Part shown: in pieces, positions 1 through 12,649 of the stretch
Numbering within the stretch: position 1 is the first letter of the stretch
Layout of the letters: every line of letters begins with the position of its first letter
NCBI GenBank assembly: GCA_964016885.1
Contig: OZ024765.1
Coordinates: 9,548,001 to 9,612,000 of the forward strand
DNA: 64,000 bases
DNA from: Eledone cirrhosa
Taxonomy: Eukaryota
Direction: 5' to 3'
Notes under the pieces: model-generated
Seen by the model: the letters and a program-made list of their open reading frames with translations, nothing else
The model's database searches: none
Told to the model about the DNA's origin: nothing
Position numbers and translations under genes: made by a program

Positions 1-200
1 AAGCCTAAATCCATTCAAGTCAGTGCCCCAGCATGGCCAGTCTAATAACTTAAACCAGTAAAAGGATACAATCATGGCTATGCCCCAGCATGGCCACAGT
101 CTAATGACTGAAACCAGTAAAAGAATACAAGACTAAAACCCTTCAAGGTGGTGCCCCAGCATGGCCACAGTCTAATGACTGAAACCACTTATAGAATAAG
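1..200 (+). repeat. Three tandem copies of a SINE-tail-like unit (GTGCCCCAGCATGGCCACAGTCTAATGACTGAAACC)
   Basis: Direct repeats at about 23, 81 and 152; related sequence near 54009. Confidence 0.6.
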
Positions 201-228
201 AAACTACCAAAATATGAGATATACATAC

Positions 229-380
229 CTGTCATAGCATTCATAAACGTAGCCAGGGATCTATTGAGCATCTTGAAGAACGGGTCCCGTACGGGAAACT
301 TCCTGGAACCACACAGGACGGTGTGTTCCAGAATGTGGGGTACTCCGGTGCTGTCCATTGGAGTTGTACGGAACATAACA
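229..380 (-). CDS. PITRM1: PITRM1 coding exon 4 (M16C metalloprotease HXXEH motif); gene continues beyond the left edge
   Basis: [50 protein letters not shown] contains the inverted zinc motif HILEH; AG and GTATG boundaries, 152 nt. Confidence 0.97.
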
Positions 381-502
381 CTATGGAGAACGATGTTGAT
401 AGAAAGAAAAAAAATTTTATGATGAATTTTTCAAATGATTTTCATTAATGTAAGGAGCCTTATATCTTAACTAGCACAGGGCCTCATTTCTCCTAAACCT
501 GG

Positions 503-810
503 CACTGATGAGGTCACACCAAAATATCGTGAACATGAGTTTATGATTTGTGAAGGGGTCACACCCAAATATCATGAACAGAACCTTACTATATGTGATA
601 GGGGTCACATACAAATATCGTGAACAGTAGGTTATGATTTGTGAAGGGCTCATATCCAAATATCAAAAACAGAAGTTTATAATTTGTGAAGGGGTCACAC
701 ACAAATATTGAGAACAGACCCCTTATCATTGATGATGGGGCCACACCCATGTATAATGAATAGAAGTTTAATATTTGTGATGGGGTTACATCCAAGTATC
801 ATGAACAGAA
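503..810. repeat. Degenerate ~45-bp minisatellite, about 7 copies
   Basis: TGAAGGGGTCACACCCAAATATCATGAACAG recurs every 45-46 nt. Confidence 0.8.
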
Positions 811-1421
811 GTTGTCATGTAGCTGTCATGGCAAAAGCACCCAGTCCACTCTGTAAAGCGGTCGTGTAGGTGTCATGACAAAAAGCACCCAGTCCACACT
901 GTAAAGTGGTCGTGTAGGTGTCACAACAAAAAGCACCCAGTCAACACTGTAAATGTGGTTGGCATTAGGAAGGGTATCCAGCCATTGAAAACCAGCCAGA
1001 AACAGTTCTATACGAGTGAGACAAGAGCACCCGACTCAACTTGCCTCAAATGGGACAAACCCATCTAATCCATGCTAGCGTGGATGATAGACGTTAAATA
1101 ATGATGATGATGATTCCATAGATTACTCAGCCAGCCCTTTTCTATGAACTGATGCCCTTAATATCCACTCTTTTTCTCCCTCTCTGTCTCTCACAGCTCT
1201 CCTGAGCTCCACTTCTCATGCCATCCAACCTCAAACATCCAATAAGACCTAAATTGATCAACCTCCTCATAGTGGGCCCTAGAAACTGAAGCCAAAATCA
1301 GTTCTGTATGAGCAAGACATGGTCATCTGATCTGACTTGTCTCATAACAGGAAAACTCATCTAACCCATGCTAGCATGAAAAAAATGGATGTTAAATGGT
1401 GATGATGATAATGATGTTCTC

Positions 1422-2115
1422 TGATCTCAGTCAGGTGAACAACAACCTGAAATATCTTATACACAAGAAGAGAAGTCACATTGATCTCAGTCAGGTGAAC
1501 AACAACCTGAAATATCTTATACACAAGAGAAGTCACATTGATCTCAGTCAGGTGAACAACAACCTGAAATATCTTATACACAAGAGAAGTCATATTGATC
1601 TCAGTCAGGTGAACAACAACCTGAAATATCTTATACACAAGAAGAGAAGTCACATTGATCTCAGTCAGGTAAACAACAACCTGAAATATCTTATACACAA
1701 GAAGAGAAGTCACATTGATCTCAGTCAGGTGAACAACAACCTAAAATATCTTATACACAAGAGAAGTCACATTGATCTCAGTCAGGTAAACAACAACCTG
1801 AAATATCTTATACACAAGAAGAGAAGTCACATTGATCTCAGTCAGGTGAACAACAACCTAAAATATCTTATACACAAGAGAAGTCACATTGATCTCAGTC
1901 AGGTGAACAACAACCTGAAATATCTTATACACAAGAAGAGAAGTCACATTGATCTCAGTCAGGTGAACAACAACCTGAAATATCTTATACACAAGAAGAG
2001 AAGTCACATTGATCTCAGTCAGGTGAACAACAACCTAAAATATCTTATACACAAGAGAAGTCACATTGATCTCAGTCAGGTGAACAACAACCTGAAATAT
2101 CTTATACACAAGAAG
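1422..2115. repeat. 57/60-bp minisatellite, 12 near-identical copies, in PITRM1 intron 3
   Basis: TGATCTCAGTCAGGTGAACAACAACCTGAAATATCTTATACACAAG(AAG)AGAAGTCACAT; the ORFs here are repeat artefacts. Confidence 0.95.
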
Positions 2116-2214
2116 AGTCATCACATTCAATGAACCTTGTCTCATAACAGGAAAAAGGTTAACAAGGAAAAAACAGTAAAAAAAATTACAAATACAACAA
2201 AAACTACTACTAAC

Positions 2215-2321
2215 CTGAAGGCATTGTTGTTATCATCTCGGTCAAGGTGGAGGTGTTGTGCTCCAGTCTGGTCGTGGCGTAGTGAGACAGTTGAGATGAA
2301 TAATTCTGGGACAGCAGAAAT
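2215..2321 (-). CDS. PITRM1: PITRM1 coding exon 3
   Basis: GTAG|[35 protein letters not shown](S)|GTTAG; 107 nt, phase 0->2; PreP-like N-terminal segment. Confidence 0.95.
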
Positions 2322-2957
2322 CTACAATAATGATAATAATTGTTACTTATATAGGCACAAGGCCAGCAATTTGGGGGAAGGGTTAGTCGATTGAATCAAC
2401 CCCAGTGTGTGACTGGTACTTTATTTTATCGACCCCGTAAGGATGAAAGGCAAAGTTAACCTCAGCGGGATTTGAACTCAGAACGTAAAGAGTTATAACT
2501 CTATGCTGCAAAGCATGGTGCCTGACGCTCTACTGATTCTGCCAATCCACTGCCCTGTCAGGCTCAAGCTCTTCTTCAGGAATACAAAATGGAGACTGGA
2601 TCACAAAGGGAAAATAAAAATATAGGAGGTCCAAGTAAAGAAAAAAAATCAAAAATAAAGAGTGTAAACAAGACAAACCGTTAGTTAGTCTTGGTAATGA
2701 GTTTGAAAAGAAGTGTGTGTGTATTAGTGTAAATATTATGTGTGAGTATAAGTGTATGTTTAAACGTGTGTTTTTTTAAGGTATATTGTGTAAAGTATCA
2801 GAGATAGTGAGTGTAAACGTATATCCGTGTGGTATGGTAGTGGATATATATATATATATGTATATGGTTGTGGATAAATATATATATGTATATATACACA
2901 ACACATAAAAACAAGATGGTGTAGGACAGAACAAAGGAAAGACAAAATAAAAACCCA

Positions 2958-3000
2958 GTCACTGAGGAGGTCACAGAATGCGTGACAAAAGAGCTTTGAC
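2958..3000 (+). ncRNA. Minimal hammerhead fold (G12->A) in a Penelope-like repeat
   Basis: GTCA-CTGAGGA-G-GTCAC AGAATGC GTGAC-AAAA-GAGC-TT-TGAC; perfect stems I and II. Confidence 0.65.
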
Positions 3001-3482
3001 AATATATAAACAACCATCCGGTTATCGAACCAACCAACCAACTGGAAATTTATAATAAATTGAAGTGAAAACCAACAGGTGCCTGTGTTTTTATTGGCAG
3101 CATGACCCTCCCAAAGTATATCAATATATAATACAGAGTACCCGACCTCCCATGGGTACAAGCTGAAGCATATAGACAATATGCCCCCACACCCCCCACC
3201 GCAAGGTGGTCGTGGAGGTGCCACAGCAAAAAAGCACCCAGCCCACACTGTAAAGTGGACGTGTAGGCGCCACAAAAAAGCACCCGGCACTCACTGTAAA
3301 TGAGGTTGGTGTTAGGAAGGGCATCCAGCTGTAGAAATCAAGCCAGATCAGTTCCTGTATGAGCAAGGCATGGTCAGCCGACCAGACACTGCCCACAACA
3401 GGACAACCCGTCTAACCCATGCTAGCGTGGAAGAACGGATGTAAAACGGTGATGATGATGATGATGATGATACAATGCTTAC

Positions 3483-3561
3483 CTTTTCAACAGTGTAGCC
3501 ATGAATCTTGTCACCTTCTTTGACTCTCTGGAGTGAGGCAGCACTGAGGGTGTTGATATAA
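3483..3561 (-). CDS. PITRM1: PITRM1 coding exon 2
   Basis: CATAG|...AAG|GTAAG; YINTLSAASLQRVKEGDKIHGYTVEK resembles vertebrate PITRM1 GDKIHGFTV; phase 2->0. Confidence 0.92.
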
Positions 3562-3935
3562 CTATGAACAGAATTAAAATGCTAGTCAGACATCAAATAT
3601 AGGAGAAACTTGAGGGCATGAGGGCTAACCACAACCTTAACTCTGAACATCCTGTACCACATGAAACCGCATGAGCAAGACATACTTGGAAAGTACAAAA
3701 CAACACTATGCCTGCATGGTAAAGACCCCCTTCGGTCACTAATAACTATGGTTTTGCACCTAGAATGTTCCCTTCCAAGACACAAGTCTGGGCAAGGCTG
3801 TTTGTGGAAGACCAAGCCATCTTGGTGCGCTTTCATCAAATAAAATACAAAATTTGTTTTATAAATAACAACATACCCATGGAAATCAACCTTAACGGTC
3901 AGAAATTCGTTGGATTAAATATAACTTCTACATAG

Positions 3936-3982
<47 letters not shown>

Positions 3983-5561
3983 GGAACAGACAGAGTGAGG
4001 GAGAGAGACAAACAGAGAGAGAGAGAGAAAGACTGAGTTAAAGAAACGGGGAGTTAGAAAGTCAGAGGATTAGAGATAAAGAGATAGAGAGAGTGGGATA
4101 GGGTGAGAGTGGGATAGAGAGAGAGAGAGTGGGAAAGAGAGAGAGTGGGATAGAGAGAGTGTGGGATAGAGAGAGAGTGGGATAGAGAGTTAGAGAGACA
4201 GAGTTAGAGACAGCGTTCATACTCCAATACAATGTTTCACCCCTCTACACCAAAACAATAATATTAATAATTGTTTCTACTTTTGGCAAAAGGTCAGCAA
4301 TTACTCAGTGTATTACTGGTACTTTATTTTATCGACCCCATAAGGATGAAAGACAAAGTTAACCTCGGCGGGATTTGAACTCAGAATGGCAAGGGCTGTA
4401 ACTCTCTGCGTCAAAGCATGGCGTCCGACCCTCTACCGATACTGCCAATCCACTTAATAATAAATATATAAAATTACCGAGCTTGTGTGCTTCCGCCCGG
4501 TGAACGTTATGAATAGGGCCGACTGCCAGGCTTTGGTGATAGGGTGGCATCTGAACATACTAAGTTGGCATTCCTGAGCGTTCAACATACATGTCTTACA
4601 CCTCCTATTTTATCGTCACTTTCCGATAGATTTGGAGGTCAGATTCGTTGAAAACACAGACAAAAAAAACAGGAAAAATAAACTTTAGAGGGTCCATCCT
4701 CCCCACCCACGATTTCTATAACTGACTTATAATTTCCGACTGTAGCGGCAGTGGAAGGATTTCTAAATTGTGGGGAGGGGGAGGGTACAAATTTGGTCAA
4801 TTTAGTTGTAGTGATTAGTTTAGCTGTTATTATCAACTATCAACCAAGATATAAAAAACTACGATATGCGATAAACATAACATGTACATATATTGTACCG
4901 CACATACGAATCAATGTGTTTTGATAGTTTTGAGAGAAAAATATAATTATTGGGGAACGTATAGCCACCCCACCCCCTATACACACACACACACAAACCT
5001 CTGGACTGATTTGAGGTTAAATTCGTTGAAAACACGAAAAAAAATCTAGGAAAAGGAACAATTTCCCACCGTACAGGTGAGGAATGTTTTTTTTGTTGAT
5101 TTACTCGTTTGTTTTGTTGTTGTGGTGTTATAAACTCTATTTCCTAAATCCAAAGGAACGCCATTGAAATCTAATTATAAGACAATGTCCTCGTGGCCGG
5201 GAAATCTGTGATGTGCTTGTATATATAATAATAATGAAATTATTGTGTACAATGCTCAGGTGCACTATAACTATATTATAGTTCTCTGTGTGGAATTATA
5301 ACGAGAGAAGATAACAATAAACGGATGTCCTTGAAGAAAAATCTGGAAGTCAACAAACCCGAAAATGTTTATAGAAGAATTTCGGTGAGTTTAGTAAAAT
5401 TCGTATGAAAAGGGTGATGAATCAAGACTCCTTAATTACCGTATGTTGTGAAGGAATAGAAAGAAACCGAGAGAGTAAATGAGACAGTGTGTGTGATGTT
5501 TATAGCTTAGTCTGTGATCAAAATTACGGATTTAACACAAATTTATTAAATCCTTGCTTAC

Positions 5562-5620
5562 CGTTTTCTCAATATATGCCGCCGGCTACACAAAACCGGC
5601 CTTCCTAAAGTCCGGAACAT
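5562..5620 (-). CDS. PITRM1: PITRM1 coding exon 1 (mitochondrial targeting peptide)
   Basis: ATG at 5620; MFRTLGRPVLCSRRHILRK(R) is Arg-rich and acid-free, like a presequence. Ends CG|GTAAG in phase 2, which fits the next exon. Confidence 0.85.
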
Positions 5621-7204
5621 GTCTTTGACGAAAAAACTGCTCAGTATATATGTATGTGTGCGTATTTATTTATATTTCTATATATATATATAACAGCCTC
5701 GCAATTACTCACAGAGAGGTGATTGTATAAACATGTGCTGTTTAGTAATGGTGTAAGCGGCATAAATTCATAACGACATCAAGGGGAAGTCACTCCCAAA
5801 CACCCAGCGTGAATATTTTTTACCTGTTCGATACCAAGCCTTCACTATGATACAAAACTGTTTGTTTTAAAGTGTTTACATTTATCTAAAAACCTTCCTT
5901 TTTAATTTTATTTAAGAACACTATGATAAGTGATATTCCAAACATCAACTTTATGGCGAAAAATATGTTAACAATAGGATTAAACTGTTTAAATTTATCT
6001 AAAAACTTCCATCATAATTTATATTTCATTAGAAATATTTCAATGAAACGGTTAAAGTGTTTATATTTATGTAAAAACCTCCTATCGTAATTTTATATAA
6101 GTGCTAAGTTATGATCCGAACACCAATTTAATAAAGCAGAAGTTAGTTGTTAAATCCCTCCAAAATATTTTCAAAATTTGAAAATCATATTAGAAACTAG
6201 CAAACGAGCCAGTAGTTGCCGAACACATCTTTCGCCACTGTAAATAAAGACTCCTTTAGCAGTTATTGGTTATAGAGTAGTCGCCACTTTAACAGGGTAG
6301 ATGGTTGAAGGTCGTTAGTTGCCAGTGTGGTAAGTGATAGTATCCTCGTTCGATTATCTTGTTGACATAGACGTGAGGGAAGGTCCCTCGATCTATTTAC
6401 CATCTATTTACAATATTCCTTTCGTCAGGTCGCCAATTCCGGCAGCATGGATTATAGATGTTATTGAGACACGAGTAACATAACAATGATTTCAACAGCA
6501 GTAATTAGAGATGAAATGTATGTTTATTTAAATGGTTGAAGTTACAGATAAAAAGAGGTTACAAAAGGGAATGTGCCATTGCGCCGTTAAGCCGGCGAGG
6601 CTAGGGGTGCAATATCTCACTGTTACATTATGCGTGTTGCTGGCTCGAAGTTTCTGGTACAAGAGAGAGATTCTTCAAATCTTCGCGGGGAATTTCTTCC
6701 TCAGGGCGCGTAGGGATACATCCTCTTCTACTGGCGCTGATTGGCTGAACTGAGCCAAATCACGCACAGAGAATGTATGTGAGCCCGCGGAATGAAGGTC
6801 ACTACACCCCCTTCTCTCTTCAACGTGACCGTCCTTAAATAGCTCCAAAACTCTGCTATTTTAGTGGGGAGAAGATAATTAAGCATGAGCATCACGGACA
6901 TGGCTTTTTAGTCCTGCTAGGGACTTGCCGATGGCCAGCAATACCATGCATTGCAAAAAATGTCATATGTCAAGCGATGCCTGTGCTTGAAGCTTCATTA
7001 AGCGAGGAAAGGCTTTGCATGAGGCCAATCACACTCTCTGAACATCAAATGTATTTGCCCAAAAAGAAAAACTGGTCTATATCATTTGATGTAAACGAAG
7101 TCCCAGGTTATATATCAGAGTGATCTTCTAATAGAGAGATGTCTTAATGAAGACTAGGAGTCTCTTGCTCCACAAAACAACAAAATTCATACATATATAC
7201 ATGC

Positions 7205-8108
7205 ATGCATGCCAAGAACATAGATGGGATGAAGAAAAATCTTGACCTGGGTACAACATTCTCAAAGGATATAGGAATGGAGTTTGGCCAAGATAACTGT
7301 TCATATATGACTGTAAAACGGGGAAAAACAACAACCCAATCTAGCAACATTGTTATCAATGGCCTAACCGTTTCACCGATATCTGATGAGAACTGCTATA
7401 GATACCTGAGAATAGATGAGAACATATCCTATAATGGTATCTGTAATAAGGAACACGTAACCAGGGAATATTACACCCGATTAAGAAAAATATGGTTATC
7501 TGAACTCTCTGTGCACAATAAAACAGTGGCTCACACTGTTTACTGGGTCTGTCCTAACACCAACGTTTGGAATACTCAGTTGGATGATAGGCGAAATCCG
7601 AGCAGTTGATGTTAGGACTCGAAAAATACTAAACAACACCGGAAACTTCCACATCAACAGTGACATAGACCACCTCTACTTGAAACGTAAGCCGGGAGGC
7701 AGAGGCCTAACATCAGTCCAGACAGCATTTGAATGTCGCACCATATCCCTCATAAAGTGCAGGCATAACAGACCAGATATAATGATATGGGACAGGGAAA
7801 AGAAGGCATGCACAGTAGTGGAAGTTAGCTGCCCAGCAGATGCCAATATAATATCAAAGTTTAGCGGAAAGGAGAATATTTATGCAGAACTAATGAAAAA
7901 TCTGCAGATACTCCACCCTGACTATATCTTCAGATTTATGCCTGTGATTATTGGGGCACTGGGATATGTTAGTAACTGGCTCAATACAAATCTTGAGAAG
8001 CTGGGCTTCACAGAAACAGAAAGAACACAACTAGTTAGGAAATTACAAGTACAATCCATTAATGGAACAGTAAAAATATGTAAAACATTCCAAAAAATGT
8101 GCATCTAA
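7205..8108 (+). mobile_element. Decayed R4/Dong-like non-LTR retrotransposon 3' part (RT thumb plus restriction-like endonuclease)
   Basis: Frameshifted ORFs with YRYLRI, LYLKRKPGGRGL, HNRPDIMIWD...VVEVSCP, KENIY and PVIIGALG. Confidence 0.85.
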
Positions 8109-8791
8109 TAACTGCAAATACACATGTACAGATACTAAGCATATACACATGCACACATACAACTCAAACCATCCACATCCACACATACAGTAACATCCAT
8201 ATCTGCACACACATGCCTGCATGCAGACATACATACATACATACCTACCTAGTTGATGTTGTGAAAATTCCAATGAGTCTTGTAACTATGTTAGAAACTG
8301 ACTCTCTCTCTATTGGCCAAAATTTGTGAAAATATAAAACCAGTACATACATACATACATACATACATACACACATACATGATGGCTGCCTCCTCGTTAT
8401 CAAGTATGGCCATTGCATGATATACCATTATTAATAATTATTAATTAATTCTATCGTGCAATGCCTGTGTGTGAAGATATTTTTAAAGTGGAGAAAGACT
8501 ATGCACTGAGCCAATCCCACTCTCTGAGCGACAGTAGCTATAACCCAAAAAGAAGAAAACATCAACATCATCGGAAACTACTGAGCCACAGGTTTTATGT
8601 CGGAGTTATCCCAGTTTCCTGAGTTGCCTTCTCCTAGAAGAATGCCCTGACAAAGGCTAGGGGTCCTTCACTCCCAGTGGTTTAACTGCGCAATACACGT
8701 GTATATACATATTTACACACTTTCGGATGGCCGTTGACTCTTATGAGTTCTTCCGCCCTTTGTCAGGTTTTGTTTTTTGTCCTGCAGAAGA

Positions 8792-8873
<82 letters not shown>

Positions 8874-8881
8874 ACACACAC

Positions 8882-8916
<35 letters not shown>

Positions 8917-9298
8917 TAGACAGAGATAGAAACAGAGAGAGATCAAAGTAAAAACCACAAAATTTATTGTATAGTAAATTTTATTTTTTGAAGCAAAAGA
9001 AATTGGAATTATTATTGAATTTACACACAATATGTATATGTATGTATAAATAATTATTCGAAATTCGAGAACATGTGACATGGCCAAATAATGAGTAATC
9101 ATGGACACATCCTCTTTATCCTCAGATGTTTGCTGGAAATCACACCAAATGCAGTAAAAATTGTTGCATCTCCATCAAACAGCTGAGGAAAAAAAACGAA
9201 TGTCTTTGTATTTACTAATTATCTATCTAAGATTTATCTGCACAAATTTTTAGTTATATATATTTACCTAAGTCAATGCAGGGTTTAACTGACTTATA

Positions 9299-9635
9299 TA
9301 CGAGGGTAATCCCAAAAGTATGGTCTCCAAAGCGATGGGGACGCAGAGAAACTGTTCATATGGCTGTTGGCAACACTGTTGTAATTGGTACTTCCTTCAC
9401 TCCCAAACAAGCATGCGCGCGCTTCGCTGGAATGCTTTTATGGGACGCAGTTATTATATACGAGGGCAAGCCCAAAAGTAAGGTCTCCTTCCGAGGACTG
9501 GATGACTCTGGATGCTCTCTGCATTTTGGTTCCTGAGGTTTCCCGAAGCACCATCCACAGGATTTTAACGGAAAAGTTACAATATTGGAAGTTGCAATAT
9601 TGAAAGGAGACCTTACTTTTGGGATTGCCTTCATA
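9299..9635 (+). mobile_element. Internally deleted mariner-type element with a duplicated left TIR
   Basis: TA-CGAGGG..CCCAAAAGTAAGGTCTCC at 9299 and 9459, inverse copy at 9606-9635; remnant SRSTIHRILTEKL resembles a mariner transposase HTH. Confidence 0.8.
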
Positions 9636-10060
9636 TATATATATATAACATATCTAATATGTGTATGTATGTATGTTTATATGTATGTATATATGTATGT
9701 ACGTATATATGTATCAACTAACTTCTCCTACAAAACATATTTCAAGTTTCGCAGTGGTTTCGCAATTCATTCCTTAAAACATCATACTATTTTATTCTTC
9801 TTCCTCTTTAGACTCCCTGTTTCTAAAAAGTGAAAAACCTAAAGTGATTGCCAATATGATTACTATGAGTATCATGAAGATAGTTACAGCATATTGCCAT
9901 CCAGGGCCAGTGAAAAAACTTGGCTCTACTGGTGTACCTGCAAAAAGGAAAATAAAAACATGTTTATGTGAGATTATGTTTTATATATATATATTTATAT
10001 ATAACTCACAAAATTTAGTAAAAATATGTTAGTAAAAATATGATATTTTCTAAAATATAG

Positions 10061-11006
10061 TGACTGATCGGCTTGATTTGCATATTAGCAGACTGGCTGA
10101 TCAGTCAGATCTGCATATTAGCACATCCACTGGTCAGCCAGATTTGCATATTAGCAGACTGGCTGATCAGTCAGATCTGCATATTAGCACATCCACTGAT
10201 CAGCCAGATTTGCATATTAGCAGACTGGCTGATCAGCCAGATCTGCATATTAGCACATCCACTGATCAGCCAGATTTGCATATTAGCAGACTGGCTGATC
10301 AGTCAGATCTGCATATTAGCACATCCACTGATCAGCCAGATTTGCATATTAGCAGACTGGCTGATCAGTCAGATCTGCATATTAGCACATCCACTGATCA
10401 GCCAGATTTGCATATTAGCAGACTGGCTGATCAGTCAGATCTGCATATTAGCACATGCACTGATCAGCCAGATTTGCATATTAGCAGACTGGCTGATCAG
10501 TCAGATCTGCATATTAGCACATCCGCTGATCAGCCAGATTTGCATATTAGCAGACTGGCTGATCAGTCAGATCTGCATATTAGCACATCCACTGATCAGC
10601 CAGATTTGCATATTAGCAGACTGGCTGATCAGTCAGATCTGCATATTAGCACATCCACTGATCAGCCAGATTTGCATATTAGCAGACTGGCTGATCAGTC
10701 AGATCTGCATATTAGCACATCCACTGATCAGCCAGATTTGCATATTAGCAGACTGGCTGATCAGTCAGATCTGCATATTAGCACATCCACTGATCAGCCA
10801 GATTTGCATATTAGCAGACTGGCTGATCAGTCAGATCTGCATATTAGCACATCCACTGACAGCCAGATTTGCATATTAGCAGACTGGCTGATCAGTCAGA
10901 TCTGCATATTAGCACATCCACTGACAGCCAGATTTGCATATTAGCAGACTGGCTGATCAGTCAGATCTGCATATTAGCACATCCACTGATCAGCCAGATT
11001 TGCATA
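10061..11006. repeat. 72-bp (2x36) minisatellite, about 13 copies
   Basis: CTGATCAGCCAGATTTGCATATTAGCAGACTGG / CTGATCAGTCAGATCTGCATATTAGCACATCCA alternate. Confidence 0.95.
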
Positions 11007-11654
11007 TCAGAAGATAGGCCAGTCAGTTTCACTGACAGTTTGCAACTGAACAGCAAACTGCATTGATGTTGTGCAATTGCTTGATGACAGTCGTAGGGTT
11101 CTCACACATGGCCACACTAGCCACCCCACTACCGTGCGCACCCTTAACATGGTTAGTGTTATTGCTGTTTACGCAGTTGTTTTTGTATATATATATATAT
11201 TGTTATACTTGGGGAGGGTTATATTGTTGTAATAATTGTTTCTACGTTAGGCACAAGGCCAGCAATTACCCCAGTGCATTACTGGTACTTTATTTTATCG
11301 ACCCCGTAAGGATGAAAGGCAAAGTTAACCTCGGCGGGATTTGAACTCAAAATGGCAATGGCCGTAACTCTATGCGTCAAAGTATGGCGTCCGACCCTCT
11401 ACCGATACTGCCAACCGACCGCCCTAATATTGCCAGAAATGATAACAGAACACACTCACTGTTTGGTTGGTTTTCACTTCTGTATCTTTTATATCTCCAT
11501 AGTTAATTTATTTGGCAATCAATGTTTATCATTGACTGACCAACGGTTAAAAATACAGATATAAATATATATATATATATCAACCGATATAAATATATAT
11601 ATATATAGCAACAGATATAAATATATATATATATCAACAGATATAAATATATAT

Positions 11655-12070
11655 ATAGCAACCGCAGAGGATATGCGACGGCTGGAGAGAAATGAGGCAA
11701 GCATGCTCCGTTGGATGTGCAGTGTAAATGTGCGTGAACGACCCAGCATAAATGTGTTGAGAGAGAAACTGTGTCTGAGAGGGATAGAATGTAGTGTACG
11801 GGAGAGGAGACTGAGGTGGTATGGACATGTGATGCGCATGGAGGATGACCAATGGGTGAAGAAGTGCCAGGAATTGCCAGTTGAAGGAAGACGTGGTAGA
11901 GGTAGACCACGAAAAACATGGGCGGAGGTGGTGAGAACAGACCTCAGATCATTGAAGCTCACGGCGGAGATGACGAGGGACCGTGACGAGTGGAGAGATG
12001 CTGTGCTGAATAAGACCCGTCCCACCCTTGCAAGCAGGGAAAAGCGGACGTAAAATTATGATGATGATGA
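11655..12070 (+). mobile_element. RTE-clade LINE 3' end
   Basis: EASMLRWMC...RRLRWYGHVMRM...GRGRPRKTW...WR, followed by a 3' tail and (TGA)n. Confidence 0.9.
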
Positions 12071-12358
12071 TATATAGTCTAACAAAGTTCTTTCGTTGCA
12101 CATCTACAATATCATCAGTGGTACTATTATCATGTGTTCTCCTATTGTATTGTAAGGTTTACGCCATTTTTATTTTATTCATTTATTTTTGTCTCCATCT
12201 CTGCACATGCGTTTGCGTGTGTGCATAATGTTTGATGTGTGAGTTCACGTTTGAGTGTATGTGTTTTGGGGGTTTTTGTATTCTATCTTTGTTTACTAGT
12301 GTGTGTTTATATGTGTTTGTTGTTATTGTACTTGTGTATTTATTTATTTTATTTATTT

Positions 12359-12389
<31 letters not shown>

Positions 12390-12649
12390 TATTTCCCTTA
12401 AGTCAGTATTGTTTGTTTGGGTATGGTTGTTGTTTTTATTACATTCATTTTTTCTGTTTAACTTTGGTTTTCTAAGCTATATTTCATTTGCTTCTCTGAT
12501 TTGCCAACCTGTTGGGTCATTTCCATGTTTAGATATTATTTTAATTTCTATGTTGTCTATATTACCATCATGTCTTTGTCTGGCGTGTCCGTATAGTACT
12601 GAACCGTTTTTTTTAAATTCCCCCCAGTGTTGGTCTATTCTTTCTCCTA

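Noticed and set aside
1396-2133. 245-aa repetitive ORF, and similar ORFs at 10060, 12477, 15403 and 45330
   Set aside because: These are translations of minisatellites, intronic or intergenic, with no splice or homology support.
6360-6900. Possible solo LTR (TGT...ACA, TATA- and AATAAA-like motifs on the minus strand)
   Set aside because: No matching target-site duplication and no second copy in the window.
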